Shown here one piece after another: positions 1 through 12,750 of a DNA stretch of 64,000 nt. The DNA is from Heteronotia binoei. Its lineage: Eukaryota. The position numbers and the translations under genes are program-made. Location: the NCBI RefSeq assembly GCF_032191835.1, contig NW_026799990.1:62001-126000 (forward strand). The letters run 5' to 3'. The notes below the pieces were generated by a model. It was not told where the DNA came from. It saw only the letters and a list, made by a program, of their open reading frames with translations, and did no database searches. The number at the start of each line of letters is the position of its first letter. Position 1 is the first letter of the stretch.

Positions 1-182
1 CATAGCAGTTAGTGCTTCAGAGCAGGGTCTGCCAGACCCAGGATCCTGCTGTAGGAACTAACTGAGTGATTTCGAACCGGGCACAGACTTTCAGCCTAAC
101 CTACTTCATAGGGTTGTTGTGCAGATCAAAAGCGGGAGGGGAGGATGATGTAAGCTGCTTTGGTCCCCACTGTGGAGAAAGA
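1..182 (+). mobile_element. Squam3-like tRNA/CORE SINE, partial
   Basis: cagcctaacctacttcatagggttgttgt...taagctgctttggtccccac matches the 3' half of the SINE seen at 53168. Confidence 0.65.
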
Positions 183-964
183 CTATCCTTTTCCTGGGTA
201 GAGGCTCCAGGGTGGTGGGGGGGGGGGAGGAGATGGAAAGCTAAAGTCAGAGGGGCAAATCAAGGTAGGTTGATGGTTGGCTGGGAAGGAGATAGGCTTG
301 CCAACTCCAGGTTAGCAAATTCCTGGAGATATGAGGGGGGGGAAGCCTGGAGGGGGTGGGACAATGCCATGGACTCTAAACCAAACCAGCCATTTCCTCC
401 TGAGGAACCACTGTTGCCAATCTCCAGGAGAGAAACAAGGTACAAGCCTCCGTGAAAAACCAGCCTCAAAAAATTATATAAATGATACAAATGTTTATAA
501 ATACCCAGAAAATAGAAACAAATCATATAAAGTGAAACTAATCATGAAATAGACAAAGACCACGTTCACACTCAAGTCTCTTAATGAGCAAATTAACACC
601 GAGAAGATGAGAGGAGTAGTTCAAGTCGTGGCAAAAGTAGGTTCTTCTAAGAAGTCCAGTGCTCCAAGATGTCTTCATGGATTTTTAGATGAAATAATTC
701 AGTGCAGCAGGGCACAAGAAACTCAACAGGGCCGTACTTGATCCCCTGTTTCACTAACAAGCTTCTACGAGCTGCACAAAAACGTATAAGAAACAACCAC
801 AACAACTTTAAAATGTTAAAATACAGCATTACATACCTTTCGAAAACCATCATACATTTTACAATAGAGCAGAGCTTCAGAATTCTTAGCAACAAAGTAA
901 GCACTAAACAGATCATACGCTGATAAATACATGCAGGTGTCATCCAAACGCAGTCAAAGTAATT

Positions 965-1830
965 ATAATGTTTTTATTTATACCCCACCCTCCCCGCCGA
1001 AGCAGGCTCAGGGCAGCTTACAAGGCATGATATAAAATATCATGGTATAACAATAAAACAAGTAATACAATCAATAAACAAAGCAATATAAATTATACAA
1101 TATATAAGTTAACATTAAAATCATTAGTCTAAAAACAATATAAAGGTGCTACAGTCGCAGTATATACAAGATGGCTTGATGATGATTCATCTTAAAAGGC
1201 TAGTTGGAAGAGGGAGGTTTTGCAAGCCCTATGGTACTGATTAAGATCCCGTAGGGTCCGCACCTCTTCAGGTAGCTGATTCCACCATTGGGGTGTCTTT
1301 ATAGAGAAGGCCTGCTCCCTAGTTGTTTTTGATTTGGCCTCCTTGGGCCCAGGGATTTCCAAAAGATTTTGTGAGCTGGAACACAGTGCTTTCTGGGGAA
1401 CATATGGAGAGAGGCGGTCCCTAAGGTAGGCAAATCCTCGGCCATATAGGGCTTTAAAGGTGATAACCAGCACCTTGTAACGAACTCGGTAGACAATTAG
1501 CAGCCAGTGCAATTCCTGCAGCCTAGGCCGCACGTGTTCCCACCAAAGTAGTCCCACTAGCAGTCTGGCCGCTGCATTCTGCACTAGCTGCAGTTTCTGA
1601 GTTCAGTACAGGGGTAGCCCCATGTAGAGGGCGTTACAGTAGTGACCGTTGCATGGATCACTGTTGCCAGGTCACGGCGTTCCAGGAAGGGGGCCAACTG
1701 CCTCGCCCGCCTAAGAGGGAAGAAGGCAGATTTGGCAGTGGCTGCTATCTGGGTCTCCATTGTCAAGGAAGACTCCAGCAGCACTCCCAAGCTCCTGACC
1801 TCGTGTACTAAAGTGACAGACATCCTAGCA
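965..1830 (-). mobile_element. L2-clade LINE, 5'-truncated
   Basis: Minus-strand ORFs ...DLATVIHATVT... and QNAAARLL...LHWL...YKVLVITFKAL...AFS...WNQLP...CKT.LF, typical of the L2 ORF2 C-terminus. 3' tail near 970-1020. Confidence 0.9.
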
Positions 1831-1874
1831 CAATGAGTCAACTCCACAAAACATTTAAAGGAAACACGACAGAT

Positions 1875-2330
1875 CCCAATCATTATGTACCAGAGTCTTG
1901 AGTTTGAAGAGCCATCACATTTCCTGTCTTAGGAGCCATTTATCGGGATCGGTTTTTCCATGAAGCCAGATGGGAAATTTTTCCAATACAAATTTTTTTA
2001 AAGAGTCAGCATCATGTTGAAATGCTCGAAAATGTTCAATGAGTGGTGCATCTGCCACTGCATTTTTAATACGAGATTTAGGTTTAGAGCATGGGCAAAG
2101 AATGCCATAAATACATAATTTAATGGAACATGTTGTCGTATCTTTAAGAGTGACCCTAAAGCCAGTTGAGGAATGAACAAATTCTTTGAGTTTCAGACAG
2201 AGGGTGCAAGCAGAACACGTTCCGCATTTATGGTGCTCTCCATTTTGGTCCGTACGTGGTCCCATTTTGGTGACATTGGGCCTAATAATGTTTTTTGTCC
2301 TTCTGTACCTGATTTTGGGGAATAAACTAC
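1875..2330 (-). mobile_element. Penelope-like (Neptune-type) element remnant, GIY-YIG region
   Basis: HHKCGTCSAC linker, TTCS...IYGILCPC, KSRIKN...LIEHF, LLRQEM*WLFKLKTLVHN. These match the PLE Zn-finger linker and the GIY-YIG C-terminus (W.FKL.TL.P.GLN). Confidence 0.75.
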
Positions 2331-3939
2331 AACCTGGAATGTCCTTAACTAAAAACCAGTATTTTTAAAAAATCCTTTGAATGGAGTATGAAAGAGTAGA
2401 GAACTGAAATGCACAGGACAAGCGTTCAGGCTGCTGGGTAGGATGTTGTTGGGCATTAAACCCTTTATCCAGCATCGAAGTTCTAGTAGCCTTCTTGACA
2501 CAATCACAGGCAGTTTTTAAAGAAGAATCAGGATAGCCCCGCGCTTTACCTGGCCTGAAGATCACTCAGAATTGTAACTGCTCTCCAGATGGCAGAGATC
2601 ATTTCCCCTGGAGAAAATGGCTGCTTTGCAGGGTGGACTCTGTGTCATTATACCCTGCTGAGGCTGCTTCCCTCCTGCTTTGGTCCACACTGTGGAGAAA
2701 GACTGTACTTTTCCTAGATAGATGCTGCAGGGAGGGGGGAGGAGATGGAAAGCTGAAGTCAGATCAATTCCTCTACAAAAAATGGCCACCTTGAGATGCA
2801 TACTCTATGGTATACTGTAACACAATGATGCTAGACCAAAAAAAACAACAGATCATGCCACAAGCTCACACTGATGCTAAATGCCACAAGGCTGGATAGA
2901 ACAGGAAAAGGTGACAACAATGCACAGCATATGAAAGGAATGCTGAGCTTAAGCATCTGCATGATTGTCGTCATGCTATGACACCACAGCAAATTGACAC
3001 TGCCTTCAGTGAGGAAGAACTCCAATGTGGCATTATTCCCATTAGGATGAGTCAGCTGAACTTTTGTTCTTTGTATTAGTAAAAACCTCAGATGAGTATG
3101 AGTTTTACAATGTTCTGTGATGATTGCTTATCTATCACACCCAACAATTTATCAGTTTACTTTTATCCTAAGAACGGACTCCTGAAGAATGCACACATTT
3201 GTCTTGAAATTAGCATATTATTCCAGGAATACAAATCCATTAATTCTGCTGGGTTTAGTTTTTATATTGACCACTTACAGGTGCATCACAGTGCAGTCCT
3301 TTCAGTTAAAAAAATCTGATGGAAATCTTCACGAATGCAATCTTATAAACTATATGCTTGCTTACTTCGAAGTAAATCCTATTGTGTTCACTGGGATTTA
3401 TTCTAAGGTAAAAATACATAGGATTGCAGTCTTAATTTTATTAAAATCAAAGATTCAATTTGTAAACTCCGCCTGCACCAGCATGCCAAAATACTAACTA
3501 TATTTAGAAGCTGGATGAAACAGTAGAGCTACTTAAAATTATTCCAGAAATACACATTGGTGGCATGTTGGGTGGGGTTAGAGATTATACCAAGGAAATC
3601 TTTAAAACATACCAAGGAAATCTGTTTCATCTTGGGTCAGTACAGAGACAATGTTACCTACTGATAAGAATCAAGGCCAGGAGATCATGACTTTTTCCAT
3701 GTCCTCATCTCTTCCTTTTTTCGTGCAAATTTCCCTTCCCAGGCACTATTGCTTTGACCCACAATTCAGCTTGTAGATTGAAACATTAACCATTAGCCCT
3801 AATCTAGAGTATGAAACCAAACTAAGACTATATGCAAAATGTGGTGGCTTGGATCTTAGGAGAAAGAGTTACCTACCATCAGAAAGTGTTGGTGATTTTT
3901 TACAATTTCCCTCTCCTAACAATTTTCCCCTGTCATTAC

Positions 3940-4330
3940 TTGGATGGCCCAGGTCCATCAGCAGGGCTTTTTTGGTAGCAGGAACTTATTTGCATATTGG
4001 GCCATACACCCCTGATGTAGCCAATCCTCCTGGAGATTACAGTAGGCCCTGTACTAAGAGCCCTGTAAACTCTTGGAGGATTGCCTACATCAGCGGTGTG
4101 TGGCCTAATATGCAAAGGAGTTCCTGCTACAAAAAAACAAACCCTGGTCATCAGATCTCGGAAGCTAAGCAGGGTCAGCTTGGGTTAGTACTTAGATGTG
4201 AAATCACCAAGAAAGTGCAGGGGTGCTATGCAGAGGCAGGCAATATCAAACCATTTCTGTTCATCTTTCGCTCTGAAAACTCTATGGGATCACATAAGTC
4301 AGCTATGGTGTGGCAGCACTTTCTACCTCC
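3940..4330 (+). mobile_element. 5S rRNA-derived SINE (5S-Sauria-like), interrupted by a MITE
   Basis: agatctcggaagctaagcagggtcagcttgggttagtactt is the 5S internal control region, followed by a Sauria/RTE-type tail gcagaggcaggcaat...cataagtcagct. Confidence 0.8.
3962..4146. mobile_element. Palindromic hAT-type MITE (CAGGGC termini) carrying an octamer motif
   Basis: Whole-element inverted symmetry; 8-bp TSD tccatcag/gtcatcag (6/8); ATTTGCAT at 3988-3995. Confidence 0.8.
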
Positions 4331-5528
4331 AATGCAGACCCTCACTTCACACCCTTTTCAGTCCCTTATGATTCCCTTTTTCTCAGGAGCAACATTTTAG
4401 GGAGCTCAGTGTGCTGCATCAGGAATACAGGAAAGTGCCAGCCCACTGGCAAAAGTGCCATATGCTAGCAGAACACAATCTTTGGATCTACCCAACAACC
4501 TTTGCTCACTATTGAGTGGTTTTAGTTAGATGTCAGTACTTGATTCAGCAATATACATTGCTGTACACATATGTTGATTGATTGTAATGGGAATACTAAA
4601 GCAATTAATTACAGGGCAGCTAAAACTTCAACACACCTATTAACCCAAATAAGCATGCTGAAAGACAGAAGGTTTTTTTCTTCTCATGAATTAGTATGTG
4701 TACTAATTCAATAAGTGCTGTATATGCTTCACTGAAAGAAAATAGATTAATCAAACATAGCTGGGTTAACTTTCTTCTTTCTTTGCTCACTGCACAGGTT
4801 GATAATAACCTGTAATTACAGCTCATTTGTGTGTCCCCCCTCCCGCCCAATAAAAGAACCCAGTGATGAGCTAGATAGAAAATAAAGATTAGTATGCAAG
4901 AAAGTAGTATGGATGTAAACACCTTACACATAATCATGTAATCCATCAGGATTTTTCTTTTCCATAACTCAGAACACATGATAGGCAGATTTCAAGAGCA
5001 AGGGGTACTACCATTAATATGCATGGAACTTATCACACTCAAAGGCTGACTCATTCATGGCGATAGAAGGGACACTTTATGTGCACATTCCTTTGCTCCC
5101 CGCTGAAGTCAAGGAAGAAAGGTAATGCAGGGAGCTCTAGTTATACATCAAAATAAATATGAGGTTTTGTGTTCTGGGTGCTTGCTCAGATTCTAAGTTT
5201 CACTCAAATTTATATTTACCTTTACAGTAATGTATAGAAGCTATGAGGACACAATCGACCCCTAGGCACATGAACAGCTCTGCATATGGAAAGGGAGTTA
5301 GTGGAAGAAGAAGAGAATAATACAGTGAAAAACAGGATGATCCCTTTATGATTCCTTTCACATTGTGTATTGGATTATTTAAAACTTCTGATCCCTAAAG
5401 GTCTAGCCCCACAACTGCTATTTCAATTTCAGTTTTAATTTCTGTGAACTGAAGATGTGATTCCATGAAATTTTATCTTTCATAGCATGAGATTTATCCT
5501 ATAAGTGTTCATTTTTCAATTATTTGTG

Positions 5529-6412
5529 TGTCAATAAATCAGCACACATACACAAACACACAAGTGGGGACCTTTCACACAAGCAGGGTGCATCTCATTT
5601 CCCCTGTCTCTTTCCCTGCTTCCCTTTGTCCTTCCTATCCACCAGGAAACTGATCTTTATCTGCCCCCTGTCTTCAGATTTCCCTCCTTCACTACCCCTG
5701 GCAGCCACTCATTGGGAGAAGTTTAACCAAGCTGTGTGATGGCTGACAAAGCAGGGCCAGAGCCAATGGCTGTATTGCTGGACCCCAGACCAGGTTCAGT
5801 TACATGGTGGCCATGGTCATTGGACCTGCTTCCTTCTCTCCTTACCATCCAACAACCAATCTACCCTTATCTTTCCCACTGTCTGGCTGTTCAGTGGCCA
5901 GGCCCAGTTCCACAGGGGGCACCACTGGGATGGGCCAAGTTGTGTGGGTAGTGAGTTTCCAGGAGTCACCACTGTTGGAATCTGCAATATTCTAAGTTCC
6001 AGTCATTATAGAGTTAATACTGTTTACCTGTTTCCCTATCGTCTGCCTGACCCAGGAAGAACTTGGCTCCCTGCCAGTAGAAAGAAAGCCTGCGGAAAGA
6101 CTGTTTGCTTATCTGTGTTAATTGGTCAGTTAGTCAAGTGACTTCTTTGTCCAGGCAGGCAAAGATCAAGAAGAAGGAGGAAGTCGACCTTTAGCCATGT
6201 GTCTCTCATTGTGTTGAGATGTAGCTCTTAGTGGCTTGTTGTTTTCCATCCCATTTCCCCCATCCCTGTGGTAATAAACTTATGATTTTGTTTTCATACA
6301 AAAGGCTCTCTTAATCTCTTTTGATCCACCGATCCATCAAACTGTTTGAGTCATAGAAATTGAATTTCAAACAGAAACCTCTTAACAACCAGTTTTCCTC
6401 CTTCAGGTGACA
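5529..6412 (+). mobile_element. Solo LTR-like segment
   Basis: TGTCA...TGACA termini, CCAAT-like boxes, AATAAA at 6273. No clean TSD. Confidence 0.4.
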
Positions 6413-6907
6413 CAACTGTGGACAGGGGTGGGTGGGACATTTTCCAGGGCTTTTTTGGCCTCTCAGTACACTCCTGATCCCCCTCACAGTTTTGCTTTAC
6501 AGAAACCAAGACTTTGAAGGCTTGATGCTATTGTCGCCTAGCAACTTCCAAAAGCCATTGAGAGTTCAGTAGGCATTCTTTCCTGAATGCTATAACTGTT
6601 GTTTCTATTGCTTGGGGATTTTTAATTCCCCAATGTTTTGGGTTTTTTGCTAGAGTTCAGATTGTTTTCTCCACCCTAGAACTTCCATCTGGATTTATTC
6701 TTAGCACAATTTTGTATTTCTATCAATTCTATCTTCTGTGGCATGATTCAGCTATATATACACATGCATACATAAACCTGCCAGAACAACAGTAGAAAGT
6801 GGAAAACTAAAAATTACATGTGAGCACAAAAAATAAATTAAATTAGGACTATCATACTAATTTCATGTTATAAATGAATTCATTTCATATTGCCACATAA
6901 ACCAATT

Positions 6908-6919
6908 CATATACATATA

Positions 6920-6977
<58 letters not shown>
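6908..6977. repeat. (AT)n microsatellite
   Basis: Long near-perfect AT dinucleotide run. Confidence 0.98.
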
Positions 6978-6980
<3 letters not shown>

Positions 6981-7495
6981 TATCATTAATTATCATTAAT
7001 ATATATATTAATCATAAGGTTCCCTGCCTATGTGGATCAAAAAAGCTAAGGTTACTGCAAAGCCCCAGGGGAAAAGAGCAGTACAGCGACCAGGCAAAAG
7101 GATAGGAGAAGGGGAGAAAGCAAAGGACAGGCAGGTATTTGTTTATTTACAGAATTTATATCTAGCCTTTACGCACTCATCAGGGCCACCTACACAATAA
7201 AAACATACATAATAAAAATAAGTGTTAAAAGACATTAAAATTAAACAAAAATACATCATCAATACAATAAAAAATCAAAGCTCAAATACACATGCAAGGA
7301 GGGAAGGAAGAATGGGCAAGAAATGTGTGTGGGCAGAAAGAAGGTAAGACCTGGCTGGTAAGACAGGCAGAAGCAGAAACAGCAAGAGTGAGAGAAACTA
7401 AGGGCAAGCAGGGAGTGGATTTCAAGAGAAGGAAAGTTCTGTCTATTTCCAGTATCATGTCATAATTTTCATTTTGTGCAACTATTTCTTTATAG

Positions 7496-7641
7496 CCATT
7501 CATATCATTGCACATTTGGTCAACATAGAGCGATATCACCTTAGCCATTCAAAACAAGCCGGAGAATTGAACAACAAACTGTCTGGCATTGGTAAGAGAG
7601 CCAATGAAAGCTACTTGAATCCTATCAGGAACCATGACACA
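7496..7641 (+). CDS. NOX3: NOX3 exon 5 (146 nt)
   Basis: tatag|CC...ACA|gtaagt. Translates xIHIIAHLVNIERYHLSHSKQAGELNNKLSGIGKRANESYLNPIRNHDT, with the TM3 heme His (IIAH) and the NES glycosylation site. Length equals CYBB/NOX3 exon 5. Confidence 0.95.
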
Positions 7642-9079
7642 GTAAGTTGACATTTATATTGGTTAGTTGGTGTTTCTTATCAGACCTACCCCCCCCCTCC
7701 CTTCCACACACATTACATGCTGATGTCAAATTGTCAAGAAAAGAGCAGCTGAGCCTGATGCAGAAGTTCAGTGAAAAGCATGGGATTTTTGCATAATGGG
7801 GACATGTGGGTGGCTCATTGTGCAATAATGTAAAATTGAGAAGCATGTGTTGCCATCAGGGCTCTCCATTTCCCCCCATAGCATTAGCTTACTGTTCATG
7901 CACATGCATGCATCCCGGCTCCCAAAACTCGATTCTTTAAGAAAAATGTGATACACAATACGGTGACAATTTTAAAGAAAAGGAGATCTTGAAGTTCAAC
8001 TTTTGACAGTGGTTGTGGAGCTCTAAAATGTGCTCTGGGATTGTTTTTATATATTAGATTCTGCAACAATATCTAGGCAGGAATTTGTAAGGTAAAGAGA
8101 AGATCAGATAGCAAGACTAGTACCTACCTTAAAATCTCTGAAGAAAACATTTCCTTTCAGAAAAAGAGAGAAAACAAATGATACAGGGAGGGATCAGATA
8201 AAGCCATGAAAAGGAAGAGGAATGTGGGCAAGCCAGAACAGAAAATCCTTAGTGATATACCATGTCTTATTCTAAAAGAGAAGCAATGTGGCATTGTGAA
8301 CATGTCCCTTAACAACAAACTCATTCCTGGTGCTATAAAAGGCCAAGTGAGATTAATTGCTAGGATATCTATGAATGGGTCTCCAGTATATTTCTTGATT
8401 GAAAATGAGCTGTTATGGGAGTTCCCCATTCAGGTCTTATGCACAGCTTATGGGGAATGTAGTTAACCCTTTCCCCCTACACCATTATCCTTACCTCAAA
8501 CAGCCCCCTGAAGCTGCTATTCACAGTTGTCTGTGTGCTTACCTCAACAGGCAAATAGCAGTTCTGTGTGGTGGGATATGACTTTGGGGAAATAGGGAGG
8601 GGGGGGGTTGGGGGGGGTGGAAATTTAATATACTCTTCCTTGTGCACATGCACATCATAGCCACAGTTCCAGTCTGGGGCTCCTGGGGGGGGGGGGCGAT
8701 TCTATTTACCAAGAAAAAACACCCAGAGATGGGTTTGCAGATTCTGCACAGCAAGATTATTCGTTGCTGTTTTGATCATTAGCTTTCTGCTTCATCAACT
8801 CTTGCTGTAATAATTTCTTCTCTTTAGGAACACTCCCATGTAGCAAAACAGGCAATGCTAAGATTGTATAATTTCCTCTCTTCATTTCACAGAAGCAAAC
8901 AAATTGCAGCTAATAATTTCACAAATTTCTGGCACAAACCTAAGTGGGAAACAGAAGTGTTTTTAAAATTAATTTCACAGTGTATCTCATTTTTAAATTT
9001 TTGTTTCATGCATTAGTTTTTATGGTGAAACTGCAACATTAATTCAGCCTTCCTGAAAAAAACACTGTATTCTTTTTAG

Positions 9080-9261
9080 AACACAATTTCTGATATATTA
9101 ACAACAACTGCTGGAATGACTGGTCTCCTGATCACCGTGTCTTTAATTCTGATAATGACCTCATCCACAGATACCATTACCAGATCATTCTATGAAGTGT
9201 TTTGGTACACTCATCACTTATTCATTGTTTTATTTATTGGCTTGGTTCTCCATGGTATGGG
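9080..9261 (+). CDS. NOX3: NOX3 exon 6 (182 nt)
   Basis: ttttag|AAC...GG|gtgagt. [60 protein letters not shown](G), covering TM4, D-loop and TM5 with heme histidines YTHH and LHG. Confidence 0.96.
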
Positions 9262-9585
9262 GTGAGTATCCCTATGTATCTCATGGCATGATTTTATTTC
9301 TGAAATCCATAGTATTATGAGGGGGTACACTTGATCCAGAGGGTGACATAGAAAAAGGCTGGCAGGAAGGCAAGGCTGCTGCTGTCTTCTGTGTGCTCAC
9401 CTGAAACAGATCTATAGTTTCTCAATATTCCATCTGTATATTGGTAAAATGTTAAGGCTTTGAGAGTGACTGGAGCCAAATTTTCATGATTCCTGGAGAT
9501 ACTTTTTGACAGTAATGAAAACAAAACTGAGTAAGCATTGTTGACTCAAATGTAGGTTTGTGTATTTGGTTTTTTTTCTGTTTAG

Positions 9586-9715
9586 ATGGTTCATCCGTGG
9601 CCAGACTCCTCAGAGCCTGTTGCTGCACAATGTCACATATTGTAAAGATCATTATTCAGAGTGGGAGACAGCAGCTCAGTGTCCTATGCCACAGTTTTCT
9701 GGAAATGACCCTGCG
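9586..9715 (+). CDS. NOX3: NOX3 exon 7 (130 nt)
   Basis: tttag|A...GCG|gtaag. [43 protein letters not shown], a NOX3-type E-loop with an NVT sequon. Confidence 0.95.
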
Positions 9716-10089
9716 GTAAGGATAATACTTGCATCATGAGTCATTCATTGTTCCAACTGCTCTGGATTGCAAGGCTCTACATAAAGCCAAGATCATGGGC
9801 CACAATGGCTTTGCCATTTGATAGTGATTATTTCCATTCATTAGTGATTACTGAACACACATCGTTTCAGTTCCTATTATGTTTTTCAGTTGCAAACAGG
9901 ATGCCAATTTTTGTTCTTTATTTGGCTGCTGATGAGCAGTTTGAGTCTGTCAAGTTACTGTTCACATATGTGAAAAATACAGAACAGTGCAGTCAGCTGT
10001 GTTTTTCACATGTACATTCTCACACAGCCTGAGGAGAGCTCTAGCTCCCACCCATTTCACTGGATGCCACTGGCCAGTCAGCTGTATAA

Positions 10090-10389
10090 AGGTAAAAAGG
10101 TAAAGGTAGTCCCCTGTGCAAGCACCAGTTGTTTCCGACTCTGGGGTGATGTTGCATCACAACATTTTCATTGCAGACTTTTTATGGGGTGGTTTGCCAT
10201 TGCCTTCCCCAGTCATCTACACTCCCACCCCCCCCAGCAAGCTGAGTACTCATTTTACTGACCTCGGAAGGATGGAAGGCTGTGTCAACCATGAGCCAGC
10301 TACTTGAACCCAGTTTCCACCGGGATTGAACTCAGGTCATGAGCAGAGCTTGGACTGCAGTACTGCAGTTTACCACTCTGCGCCACGGG
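10090..10389 (-). mobile_element. Sauria SINE, full length
   Basis: tRNA-like head (gccccgtggcgcagagtggtaa on the minus strand), Bov-B-like 3' end with (acct)-rich tail, and TSD gctgtataa at 10081-10089 and 10390-10398. Confidence 0.9.
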
Positions 10390-11512
10390 GCTGTATAACT
10401 AGTTCACAAATCAGTCAGAGATTACAAACAAACCCTTTATTAGCATTGCTTTACCTCTTTGTCTTCCTAAATTATTCCATGCATGTGCATTTTCACATAG
10501 GCTTATGGCTTACCCCCTCCCATGATATTTGATGACCTGACCATTCATGACCCTGGTGGAGAATCAGTTTCACATATTGTGCAGATGCCAAAGCACCTGC
10601 AAGGCAAGGACTGCAAGGCACCACAAGGAAATGAAATCCCACTGCCACAGCTACTGCACATCTGCAAAGAAGTGTGAGAGCTGTTTGACTCAGTCTGCTG
10701 CAGACCATCCAGATCCTAGGCTTAGCTCAATGAGATCACACCTGTTGAATAGGGCATGTTTGCCTGATGAACCTGTTTGCAGGGGAGCGTGCCACATCCC
10801 TACCAGTCATGCCTTCTGAGCCATCAGAGAATTCCATTATATGTTACCATTAGGCTTTTAGTTCGGGGGGGGGGGGAACCCTGCCTAGTTGCATGGTGCA
10901 AAGAACAAAAAAATGATGCAGGGGAAATTTCTAAAAGAAATGAGGAGAAAAGCACAAGTTAAAAGTCTATCAGATGGAAGCTATGGCGTTCTTCTAGCAA
11001 CATTGTAAACCCACAGGGAATAATTAAGTAACAATCATGTCTACTCTGTCACAAGCTTTACTGATAATACTCTTACATTTAAGATTAAATATTTTTAGGC
11101 TGCTACTCATAAAACATCTGCAATGAAGAGAAAGGGGACAGGAATAAAAACACAATGTTAGAGGAAAAAAAGTCAATAATTTGCAAAGATGTTAGTGGCT
11201 GACCTAGATTAGTTCCCATGTGAAACTATTATTTAAAACTACTCTGCCTGCATATTAAGAAGTCGTTGAATGCATCTCTACAAATCTCTACAAAGAAGTC
11301 GTTGAATGCATCTAAGGTACAAATGCCTCACAAAATAAAACAATACAGTGCAGAAATGTAAATGCTTCTTATTTACTTCTTATTCCCATATACTGATATT
11401 AATGAGCATAACAGCAACTGGTCAGTTCTTCTTACACACCCAGAAGAATACTATAGTATCCATGGTACTATAGTGATTAGTAACTTTTTTGCTTCCTCCT
11501 CATCACTGTGAT

Positions 11513-11802
11513 GAGAACCAGTTTGATGTAGTGGTTAAGTGTGCAGAGAACTGGGAACAGAGAACTTTATCTTGGAGAACTGGGTTTGAGTCTCCACTCC
11601 TCCATGTGCAACTGCTGGAGTGACCCTGGGTCAGTCATAACTCTGTCAGAGCTGTTCCCTCAAGAGTAGTTTCTGTCAGAGTTCTCTCAGCCCCACATAC
11701 CTCACAGGGTGTCTGTTGTGGGTAAGGGAAATGAGATTGTAAGCCACTCTGAGACTCCAAGTGAAGGGAGGGCTGTAAAGCCAATCTCTTCTTCTTCTTC
11801 TT
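11513..11802 (+). mobile_element. Squam3-like SINE, full length
   Basis: A box tgatgtagtgg, B box gggtttgagtc, CORE-like middle and (ctt)n tail. Confidence 0.88.
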
Positions 11803-12597
11803 GTCCCAATATGCCTTCGAACCTGTCCCATGAGTTGAAGAGTTAGCATCTTGCTAATACCAAAAAACCTGTCCTATGCTCTCCTTAGATTAAACTGCTC
11901 ACATTGCCTATAAATTATAAATGCAGTCCAGATATCTGATCTAGATTTATAGCCCCTAACAGAGATCCCTGCAAATTCAAGATAGATCTGAATCTTGAGG
12001 CTAGTCAGCTCCTGTTTAAAATATGGCCTCAGATTCTCCTCTAATCACCCTTTCAGCTTTAACCTCCAAGCTTCCAATGGGAGTTCTTTAGCATCCTCCA
12101 GGAACTCTTTCCTATAGCCTTCCTTCACCTCCATCTGAGTGGAGGTATCTCCACAACCTTTCCTTTAGGGAAGCCCACTTCCCTAACTTCTGAAAGGTTC
12201 CCTTTTCCTTGCCTATTAGCTAAGAGTTGGAGAAGTATTCTAACCCCTTCCAGCAAGCAGTCCCTTCTGGGCTTTCTGAGAAAAAATGACCATGGTCAAA
12301 GACTTTAATATTTGCAGCCATTGTATGAAAAACTTCATTCAGTTGTCTTACACAAACCAACTAGTCTACAACATACAAAAACTGTGATATTTATGAAACC
12401 AGATGCAACAAACAAATAGCCAAACAAATAGCCAAGGAATTTATTTGTTTCAGTAAAGAACACCCATTACCAAACAATTAAGGCAGATATGTGGGACCAT
12501 AATATAAATAAAAGCCAATGACCTCAGTGTCACTTAAACAATGCCAAAAACAGGAAACCAAGACAGTCAAAACATTGAGTTCAAAGTACCCATCACA

Positions 12598-12750
12598 TTT
12601 TTATCTCACCCTTTCTCACTCAAGGCAATGTGCATGGTTCTTCTTTCCCTCTTTCGTCATGGTCTCATCACAACAGCCCTGTGAAGTAGTTAGGCTGAGA
12701 CTGAATGATGAGGCCAAGGTCATCCAGGTGGGTTCATGGCTAAGTAGATC
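12598..12750 (-). mobile_element. Squam3-like SINE fragment
   Basis: caacagccctgtgaagtagttaggctgaga...ggccaaggtcatccag is the reverse complement of the SINE core. Confidence 0.6.

Noticed and set aside
541-960. Possible 3' continuation of the Penelope element beyond the L2
   Set aside because: No protein or hammerhead motif could be confirmed, so it is left unannotated.
4150-4200. 5S rRNA gene
   Set aside because: Only the internal control region is present, fused to a Sauria/RTE-type tail, so it is a SINE rather than an rRNA gene. The same applies to the tRNA-like SINE heads.
6890-7105. ORF with a (YI)n run
   Set aside because: Translation of the (AT)n microsatellite.
11257-11313. 21-bp direct repeat with a 15-bp spacer (CRISPR-like look)
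   Set aside because: Only two units in a vertebrate intron with no cas genes; ordinary slippage or repair duplication.
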